DNA of 61,856 nt from an uncultured Myxococcales bacterium (GTDB taxonomy: Bacteria > Myxococcota_A > Polyangia > Palsa-1104 > JAEUJZ01), in NCBI GenBank assembly GCA_964628555.1, contig CAZVMD010000008.1, forward strand, positions 1 through 61,856, written 5' to 3'. A model generated the notes under the pieces. That model was not told the DNA's origin, ran no database searches, and saw only the letters and a program-made list of their open reading frames with translations. The first letter of the stretch is position 1. Each line of letters begins with the position of its first letter. The position numbers and the translations under genes were made by a program. Of the stretch, positions 44,301 through 50,543 are shown in pieces.

Positions 44301-45168
44301 ACTTGCTGATGCCGGCCTTGGGGTACTTCTTGCGCAGCTCGGGCGGCGGCACCGTCATGTGCTTGGCCATCAGCGCCATCGTCGAGGGAGCGTCGAACAT
44401 CGGCTCGCCGGCCAGCATCTCGAACAGCATGCAGCCCAGCGCGTACTGATCGACGCGTACGTCGAGCTTGTCACCGGTAATCTGCTCTGGGGCCATGTAG
44501 CCCGGCGTGCCCATCACCGTGCCCGACTGGGTGAAGCCATCGGGGGCCTTGCCAGCGCCAGGGCTGCTGGCCTTGATCGGAGCAGTCGGCACGCTGTGCA
44601 GGCCGCCTCCGGCCTCTCGCTTGCCGCTGTCCGGGGTGTCGCCGCGCCGCGTCACTTTGGCGATGCCGAAGTCGACGATCTTGACGAAGTCCGAGGAGCC
44701 GTCCTGTTCGAGCAGGAAGACGTTGTCGGGCTTCATATCGCGGTGGATGATTCCTTTTTCATGCACCGCCTGCAGGCCGCGGGCGATCTGGAGCGCGATG
44801 TTGCAGGCCCGCAGCGGCTCGATCGGCCCCTTGCGCAGCTCAGCGGCCAGCGTCCGCCCGGCCAGAAACTCCATCTCCAGGAAGGCGCGCCCGTCATCGA
44901 GTACGCCAAAGTCGGCGATGTAGACGGTGTTCGGGTGGCGAATCTTAGAGGCCAGCCGAGCCTCGGACAGGAAGCGCTCCTGCGCCTCGCTCTCCTCGGG
45001 CCGCAGCAGCACCTTAAGCGCCACTGCGGTGTCCAGCGTCAGGTGGCGGGCCTTATACACCACCCCCATGCCACCCTGACTCAGGCGCTCCAGCACCTGA
45101 TACTTCTTGTTGAGGATGGCGCCTACGATGTCGCCTGACTCGGGGGGGGCTACAGGTTCTTGGGCCAT
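41332..45168 (-). CDS. Transmembrane Ser/Thr protein kinase with HEAT-repeat region, PEGA-like unit and conserved Cys-containing C-terminal module (paralog of 11695..15678)
   Basis: Start moved to MAQEPVAPPESG (ATG at 45168), because the ORF-track extension overlaps the divergent gene. Kinase motifs GGMGVVYKA, VALKVL, HRDMKPDNVF, DFGIAK, GTPGYMAPEQ. TM WPVWLGLSLLLLGGSLFLGY (44059-44118). The tail ends ...VKAREVVRIGKCP. Confidence 0.9.
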   Translation of the reverse strand: MAQEPVAPPESGDIVGAILNKKYQVLERLSQGGMGVVYKARHLTLDTAVALKVLLRPEESEAQERFLSEARLASKIRHPNTVYIADFGVLDDGRAFLEMEFLAGRTLAAELRKGPIEPLRACNIALQIARGLQAVHEKGIIHRDMKPDNVFLLEQDGSSDFVKIVDFGIAKVTRRGDTPDSGKREAGGGLHSVPTAPIKASSPGAGKAPDGFTQSGTVMGTPGYMAPEQITGDKLDVRVDQYALGCMLFEMLAGEPMFDAPSTMALMAKHMTVPPPELRKKYPKAGISKSLQALVLRLVAKEPPGRLRSMREVEAELQRELDQLLKARGQRPRLSVDGMARYTPAGLRLPWPVWLGLSLLLLGGSLFLGYRLLRGGGSGSGLSSRELAALREAALKVLRHDLKEGPPELRSSALLGLGLSRDEALRPELEQALRQPEPMLRAQAAAALGELGDRRAIFALSALLDKPGGQAGEGPQVLVAAAAALRQLGDPRGQRFLEQMLDTNEQETQFRVALLFCEGGPQDAQRVLRSYAGRTGLPEATRLSILGCLSRAGDSAAQSRLQSQLTETGPIEARLAAAAKLAQTGDPEGLRFLRELLRKRGREQLLSAHALAQLDEGDGLPLFRELVGNREAQPAARKLSAEGLASIGEGQDAPRLAELLSRADEPTLAHAAARAIVQIASRDPGLLSAQSLAWAQSALGDSDAQLRQSAAEILGNNLGAGAVSLLSGLLHDSDARVRRSVVAALAKQLDSRTTALLRDALRDPEKSVRIEALRALQRLSETAGPSSAAAEKLRPALRDVLSPLLETGSPQERARAAGLLLRLGDETQRQRLREYLGATDPELRRWALDQLPPTVLSPDELSALLSDTSPEVRAAAARRLAERGDRRAIPVLRSAAEGDGADAVTAAALLSRLTTAEGGLDAAGLIQKLLREGDAAKRIEVVSLLGSLPSAQARPLLLQALRDRDPLVRRMVVEATSELADADPASARLLLPIAKRLAADRDATVHARAAALVARLSQLPEPSPSRPASASDPAAPSPPEPGQPSATPDAGAAGAETSPAPSGSGQGLLVVEGPAGVQFAVDKRPWQAVSDRPIALDAGPHTVNFVSGERPVVIAAGQTVRLKIPSSQVEQLARAGLESFAKNDFKKAQRQLEKATSLCSREGTRATVCASLTFELYYRLGQIHEQAREWPEAMTEYQRLLSLSGQVRGRADLKSAAQEAVARLSPKLGQVVVPKRGKRSCSEDTIWLRPGSHSIKVDSKFEQIEVKAREVVRIGKCP

Positions 45169-45328
45169 ACAGGTGCCAGCCTCGCCATCGTACGATATTT
45201 CGACGTCGCTGCGCGCACTTGCTGCAGGGATTTGGCGGCTTGGCGAGCGGCCGAACATCCCGTTTTGATGAGCGTTCTGCTGGGCATACCGGGGAGAGTG
45301 CTGTGATAAGCTTGGCCTTGGCCGGCGA

Positions 45329-46957
45329 ATGCCTACCTCATCGCGTGGATTCCTACAGACCGTCCTTTGCTGGGGCGCGTGCCTTTGGGTTTGCTTGGGC
45401 GTGGGCTGGCAGACAGAGAGCGCTGACCCATGGCTCCGCAGCGCTGCGACTGGGCTCGCTCTGAGCGACGCACACGCTCTGCCGCGTAAGGGGTCGGCGC
45501 GCGGCGGGGGCAGAGCGCCCAGCGCCCCTGCCAAGAGCAGCCTGGAGCGCGGCATCGCGGCGCTTGGCGACGGGGATCTGGCCGTCGCGACCCGCCTGCT
45601 CACCGAGGCCTTTCGCCAGTCTCCTCGGCCCGAGGTGCTGTATCACCTGGGGCGGGTGGCCAGCGCGCAGGGCCAGACGCTCATCGCCTACGATTTGTTC
45701 CGTCGCTATCTGGCCGATCCCAGCCGCGAGCCCGATGAGGCGGCGGCTCAGCTCGCCGAAAAGGCCATCGCCAGCCCCCCGCCAGCAAGTGGCAGCATCG
45801 CCATTCAGTCAGATCCCGGCGCCCTGGTCTTGGTCGACGATCGCATCGTCGGTACGCTGCCGCTGCCGCTGCCGGTTCTGCTGTCGGCGGGGGCGCACAC
45901 CGTCGTTCTGGAATTCCCTGGCAAGCGCTTTGAGGCGCCGGTGCAGGTACAGGCCTCGCGGGTCAGCGAGCTCCGCATCAGTCGGGGCTCTGGCGCGGTG
46001 CTGATCAGCGTGCTACCGGCGATTCTCTTGGCGAGTCAGCAGCCGCAGCTGTCACCGGAGACCGGCCGGCGGCTGACCGATGCGCTGGAGCAGGCGGCGC
46101 GCGTCGAGCAGCACACGCTGCTGGGTCTAGACACCCTGCTGCCCCAGCCCGCCGAGCGCGACACCTGCCAGCAGACGCTGCGCTGCGTGCTTGAGCTGGC
46201 GCGCAAGAACAAGCTGAGCTGGGTGCTGCAGCAGCGCATCACGGCCGTCGCGCCGACACCCGCGGCGGGCGCTGCCCAGAGTCCACTGTGGAATGTCTCC
46301 CTGCGTCTCCTGCACGTCGATGTCGTCGAGCCAGCGGCGGCCAGCGAGCTGTCTTGTTCCAGCGCCAAGCTAGATGCCGCACTGGCGACGGTGAAGGAGG
46401 GGCTGGGCAAGCTCTTGAGCGCTGGCCTCAGCCGTCCGCGCGGCACCCTGCGGATAAGCGCCAACCCAGCGTCGGCCAAGCTGCGCCTGGGGGGCGGCGA
46501 GCCGCTGCCGCTGCCACACGAGTCGGTGCAGTGGGCCGGCAGCTATGACCTGGTGGTGACCCAGCCTGGCTTCCGGCCACACCGGGAGAGCCTCACCCTG
46601 CGCGAGGAGACCCCGGCCGAGCTACGCGTCGAGCTCCAGCCGGAAGTGACCGCCCTCCCACCGGTGACCGTCCCACCAGCCCAGCCCTCCGAGCGCGCGC
46701 CGCGCCCCGCGCTGCGTCTGGCTCTCGGTGGAGTGATGGTGGGTCTGGGAGTTGGCATGGCCATCGTCGGCGGCCTAGGCCTGCTTAAGAACGGGCAGTG
46801 CTCCAGCGAGCCCGAGATCGACGGGGGCACCTGCGAGCTTCGCTACAAGACCTCGGCGCAGGGAAGCTTCGCGCTGGGCAGTGGCGTGCTCTTGCTCGGC
46901 TCTGGGGTGCTGCTTATGGCGCTGCCTGGGCCGCGGCGGCCGGCGACGCCTCGCTAG
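45329..46957 (+). CDS. PEGA-domain protein with TPR-like N-part and C-terminal two-TM hairpin (paralog of 9996..11627)
   Basis: Collinear with the 543-aa protein. Compare LYHLGRVASAQGQTLIAYDLFRRYLADP with LYQLGRLAWTSGRTVFAQDLMRRFLADP, and GALVLVDDRIVGTLPLPLPVLLSAGAHTVVLEF with GALVLVDERVAGMLPLPMPLLLASGEHRVTLEM. Confidence 0.75.
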   Translation: MPTSSRGFLQTVLCWGACLWVCLGVGWQTESADPWLRSAATGLALSDAHALPRKGSARGGGRAPSAPAKSSLERGIAALGDGDLAVATRLLTEAFRQSPRPEVLYHLGRVASAQGQTLIAYDLFRRYLADPSREPDEAAAQLAEKAIASPPPASGSIAIQSDPGALVLVDDRIVGTLPLPLPVLLSAGAHTVVLEFPGKRFEAPVQVQASRVSELRISRGSGAVLISVLPAILLASQQPQLSPETGRRLTDALEQAARVEQHTLLGLDTLLPQPAERDTCQQTLRCVLELARKNKLSWVLQQRITAVAPTPAAGAAQSPLWNVSLRLLHVDVVEPAAASELSCSSAKLDAALATVKEGLGKLLSAGLSRPRGTLRISANPASAKLRLGGGEPLPLPHESVQWAGSYDLVVTQPGFRPHRESLTLREETPAELRVELQPEVTALPPVTVPPAQPSERAPRPALRLALGGVMVGLGVGMAIVGGLGLLKNGQCSSEPEIDGGTCELRYKTSAQGSFALGSGVLLLGSGVLLMALPGPRRPATPR

Positions 46958-47059
46958 TCTTATTCGACCCAGCTGGGTCTCACACACTTGGCTGCTGTGC
47001 GACGGCGATCCGCCCGGGCAGCGGCTGCGTCCGATATGCTGCAAGAGGGGGGAGAGGTC

Positions 47060-48589
47060 ATGCACAAAGGCTCGGCTCTCATCGCGCTGCTCTGGGCTTC
47101 CTGCTCGTTTTTTACCGAAAACAATCCCGACTACTGCGTCGATGACACGCAGTGCACCGCGCCCGCCGTGTGCAGCCTGCCCAAGCACAGCTGCGAGGTC
47201 CCGGTCGCGCGTCCCGATGACCCAGCGATCACCTCGGTGTCCCCGGCGGCGGCGGCGCGAGACGTCGAGATCGAGGTCACGATCAAGGGGCGCAACCTGC
47301 TCAACGTGACGCAGGTCCTGTTCGCCGGGAAGGCCGGCAAGAACCTGAGGGTGGAATCGGACAGTCAGCTCAAGATCATCGCTCCGCTTGGCCCTGGGCT
47401 GTGCGGCTTGACCACCGTGACACTCAAGACCAGCGACCAGCGCTCGGTTTCCGATAGCAAGCACTTCCGCTATCGCGCCAGCAACGTCCAGCTATCGGTG
47501 GCGGCGGGCGGCAGCGTCAGCTCGCTGGGGACACGCAATCCCGGTTCCCTCCTGAGCTACCGCATCGACGGAACCGATTTGGATGATTTGTTGATTGGGG
47601 AGTTGGCGCCTGGCAAGCAGTTCTCGTATGTGACCGTGAGCGGCAGCGGCCGAGTGCAGAGGGAAAACGTGATGTTTGGTGGGGCCACAAATCAAATTGA
47701 AATCAAGAAAATGCTGCATACCACCATCCTGCCAGGTAGCACGCCGACGCTGCTGGTCGGGAACCTGGCAGATCGGATCGTTTCTTTTCCTTCCGGGTCG
47801 AATGGTCCTCCCATCTATACTGTTGCCAGCGATCCCGAGCAGCCGGCGGCGTCGCAGCACGTCGATTTTGGCGTCGCCGATATCAACAAAGATGACAAAA
47901 TGGAGCTGCTGGTCTTGCAGTCTGGGCCAGCTAGTACGTCGATAAGGACCTATCATCCCGACGCCAATGGCTCGTATACCGCATCGACCCCCGGCTCCTC
48001 GCTTTCTGTCGGCGAGAGCTCTCATATGGCAATCGCGGATCTGAATGGCGATAAATACCCCGATATTGTGCTGACTAACAAGACCAGCGGCGGAATTAGT
48101 GTATTGATGAATGATAAGGCGGGGATGTTCTCTAATGTTGATTTCTATACTACCCAGAGCACGAACAATAATATAGTAATTGCCGATATGGATCTTGATG
48201 GATTAATGGATATCGTGGTCTTTGGGATGGCAACAACCACAAACCCTGCCATGTCTGTGTTTTACAATACAACGGTAGGAGGGTTTGAGATTGTTAATCA
48301 TGATACGGTTGTGGGGTCTGCAAATCAGGCGGTCGTCGCGGACTTCGATTGTGATGAATTACCTGATTTGATTGTTTATGATGGCACCCGCCTTCGCTTC
48401 TTTGCCAATACCGGGCGAGGCTCACAGCTTGGCCCGTCGGGCGAGCTGGACAACATCAATAATCTCACGGCGATGACCGCCGGGCGGTTTACCAACGATC
48501 AGCAGAACGACTTGGCCGTGGTGCAGTCGGCGTGCAGCGATTTTGCTGGGGTTAGCTGCCTGCGATTTCTCGCCAATGCCTCGAACTAA
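47060..48589 (+). CDS. Lipoprotein with Cys-rich N-terminus, IPT/TIG domain and FG-GAP/VCBS repeats
   Basis: GGAGAGG RBS, start at MHKGSALIALLWASC. IPT-like motif PAITSVSPAAAARDVEIEVTIKGRNLLNVT. FG-GAP units FGVADINKDDKMELLV, IADLNGDKYPDIVL, IADMDLDGLMDIVV and VADFDCDELPDLIV. Confidence 0.8.
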   Translation: MHKGSALIALLWASCSFFTENNPDYCVDDTQCTAPAVCSLPKHSCEVPVARPDDPAITSVSPAAAARDVEIEVTIKGRNLLNVTQVLFAGKAGKNLRVESDSQLKIIAPLGPGLCGLTTVTLKTSDQRSVSDSKHFRYRASNVQLSVAAGGSVSSLGTRNPGSLLSYRIDGTDLDDLLIGELAPGKQFSYVTVSGSGRVQRENVMFGGATNQIEIKKMLHTTILPGSTPTLLVGNLADRIVSFPSGSNGPPIYTVASDPEQPAASQHVDFGVADINKDDKMELLVLQSGPASTSIRTYHPDANGSYTASTPGSSLSVGESSHMAIADLNGDKYPDIVLTNKTSGGISVLMNDKAGMFSNVDFYTTQSTNNNIVIADMDLDGLMDIVVFGMATTTNPAMSVFYNTTVGGFEIVNHDTVVGSANQAVVADFDCDELPDLIVYDGTRLRFFANTGRGSQLGPSGELDNINNLTAMTAGRFTNDQQNDLAVVQSACSDFAGVSCLRFLANASN

Positions 48590-48680
48590 CTTGCGCTGCC
48601 TGGGGCCGGCGCGGGTCGCGATCTGGGACGCTGCCCCGCTGCCGACGCTTCGTGGGATCATAAGTCCGAGGGATCCGCAC

Positions 48681-50192
48681 ATGCGGAGAGGAGTACCTGC
48701 CATGCCAGCTCCCATTTTTTCGATTCGCTTAGCTTGGCTGTTGAGTCTGCCGCTTATGGGCCTGCTAGCCGCGGGCTGCAACAGCGTCTTGGTCAACGGC
48801 GTTGACCCCAACGCCGACGCCGGTACAGGAGGTGGGGGCGATCCGCCACCGCCGCAGATTCCCGGCTGCATCGGCTCCTGCGTGGTGAACTACAGCTGTC
48901 CTTCGGCGATGGGGCCGACGACGCTTAGCGGGGTGGTGAACATCCCGGCCGGCAACCTGCCAATCAACAACGCGCAGGTCTACATCCCCGTCGGACCGAC
49001 CATGCCCGGGCCGCCCAAGCCACCGGTCTCGTGCGACTCGTGCATCACGCAGCCGAGCCCGTTTGCGACCACCACCGACGTCAACGGCCGCTTCGTGCTC
49101 AAGGATGTGCCCTCGGGACAGAACATCCCGCTCATCGTTCAGGTCGGCAAGTGGCGCCGCACCCTGATCCTGCCCAGCGTCACCGACTGCACCACGACCA
49201 ACCTGACGGCCGACGAGACACGGCTGCCGCGCAACCAGACAGAGGGCTACATCCCCAAGATCGCGCTGACCACCGGCGCGCTGGATGCCATGGAGTGCCT
49301 GCTGCGCAAGGACAAGCTGGGCCTCGACGACAGCGAGTTCACCAACGAGTCGGGCAGCGGCCGCGTCAACCTCTACGCCGGCGTCACTGGCTCGGATCGC
49401 TACGCCAGCGGCACGCAGTTTGCTGCCGCCAATCCGTGGTGGGACACGCCCGCCAACTGGCAGAAGTACGACATCGTCATGCTGTCCTGCGAGGGCTATT
49501 CCTCGTCGCACGACCTGACGAAAAAGAGCGTTGCGGCGCGCCAGGCGATGCAGACCTATCTCAACCTCGGCGGGCGCGTCTTCGCTTCGCACTGGCACGG
49601 CGTGTGGCTGCAGAACTCCGTGGCGCAGGGCAGCGAGCCGCCGCTAAGCGTGGTCGGCACCTTCCTCAACCCCGCCGACTACGGTGGCAACACCGGCTAC
49701 AGCAACGACGCAGCCGGCGATGAGGGCACGATCAACACCGGCTTTGCCCGCGGCCAGGCGCTGCAGACCTGGCTGGCCAATAACGGTGCGCTCAACGCCA
49801 ACCAGACCCTGCCGATCCGCGGCGTGCGCGTCTCGCTGATGAAGAACAACACCAACGTCGGCCCGACGGCCATGAACCCCAATCCCGCTTACGGGCAGAG
49901 CTGGATCCGTCTGACCAAGAACAACGGCACGCTCAACACCAACCTGTTCCCGGCTCAGCCCTCGCAGTACTACAGCTTCTACACGCCGCTCAGCCAGCCC
50001 CCGTCTCTGCAGTGCGGCCAGATGGTGTGGACGGACCTGCACGTCGCGGGCGGCACCGGCGATGCCTCGGGGGCAGGCACCACGCTGGCTTTCCCCAAGG
50101 GCTGTACCTCCAAGGGCCTGAGCCCGCAGGAAAAGGCCCTCATCTTCCTGCTCTTCGATCTGACAAGCTGCATCCAGCCGCAAAGTGGCTAG
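48681..50192 (+). CDS. Lipoprotein with carboxypeptidase-regulatory-like (CarboxypepD_reg) beta-sandwich and large uncharacterised C-domain
   Basis: Signal with lipobox LLAAGC (starts at 48681 or 48702 are possible). TTTDVNGRFVLKDVPSGQNIPLIVQVGKWRR resembles CarboxypepD_reg. The rest was not recognised. Confidence 0.6.
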   Translation: MRRGVPAMPAPIFSIRLAWLLSLPLMGLLAAGCNSVLVNGVDPNADAGTGGGGDPPPPQIPGCIGSCVVNYSCPSAMGPTTLSGVVNIPAGNLPINNAQVYIPVGPTMPGPPKPPVSCDSCITQPSPFATTTDVNGRFVLKDVPSGQNIPLIVQVGKWRRTLILPSVTDCTTTNLTADETRLPRNQTEGYIPKIALTTGALDAMECLLRKDKLGLDDSEFTNESGSGRVNLYAGVTGSDRYASGTQFAAANPWWDTPANWQKYDIVMLSCEGYSSSHDLTKKSVAARQAMQTYLNLGGRVFASHWHGVWLQNSVAQGSEPPLSVVGTFLNPADYGGNTGYSNDAAGDEGTINTGFARGQALQTWLANNGALNANQTLPIRGVRVSLMKNNTNVGPTAMNPNPAYGQSWIRLTKNNGTLNTNLFPAQPSQYYSFYTPLSQPPSLQCGQMVWTDLHVAGGTGDASGAGTTLAFPKGCTSKGLSPQEKALIFLLFDLTSCIQPQSG

Positions 50193-50437
50193 CTCGGAAA
50201 TCGCGGCTCCGCCTCCCTCTACGCCACGCGCTGAGAGTTATGCCCGATCCTGTCGGTTGAGCAGATCTCGTCGGCGCCTTCTCCAGCGGGCCGCCGCCGC
50301 GTGGGCTTTCGTTTCCCGGGATCGGTGCGTTTGCTCACTAGCTCGTTCGGCAGCGCTGCCTCGTCCTTGTTCCCCGACAGAGCAGTAATGGGCTCTCTGG
50401 CCGCCAGCCGAGCAGGAGCACTTCGGGCTGGGCAGCT

Positions 50438-50490
50438 GTGACCCGGCCGTCGAGGTCGTGACCGTCCGGCCCCGTCGAGCGTGGTACGAT
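50438..50490 (+). promoter_or_regulatory. Candidate promoter with two direct repeats abutting an extended -10
   Basis: GTGACCcggccGTCGAG (50438-50455) and GTGACCgtccggccccGTCGAG (50458-50480) are followed by gTGgTACGAT (50481-50490). GGGGGAGGAGG RBS, ATG at 50544. Confidence 0.3.
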
Positions 50491-50543
50491 CGCGCAGCCA
50501 CTAGATTCCTATTTCTTCGTGTCCGTAGGGGGAGGAGGCGACC

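Noticed and set aside
45169-45603. 145-aa N-terminal extension of the second kinase ORF
   Set aside because: The extension is Arg/Ser/Pro-rich and overlaps the start of the divergent PEGA gene. The paralogous kinase has no equivalent. MAQEPVAPPESG at 45168 gives a sensible N-terminus.
9996-46957. The two kinase/PEGA loci as ends of a recent segmental duplication, composite transposon or genomic island
   Set aside because: The copies are diverged at DNA level and are similar only as proteins. Gene orientation differs, and no transposase, integrase, tRNA or flanking repeats are present. The intervening genes look like ordinary chromosomal genes of the same composition.
48199-48210. tggattaatgga inside the FG-GAP gene, matching the inverted-repeat end of the AT-rich island (tggattaatgta) at 11 of 12 positions
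   Set aside because: It lies in frame in coding sequence (D-G-L-M-D of an FG-GAP unit) within AT-rich DNA. By a rough estimate, a single near-match of this length is expected by chance in a window this size.
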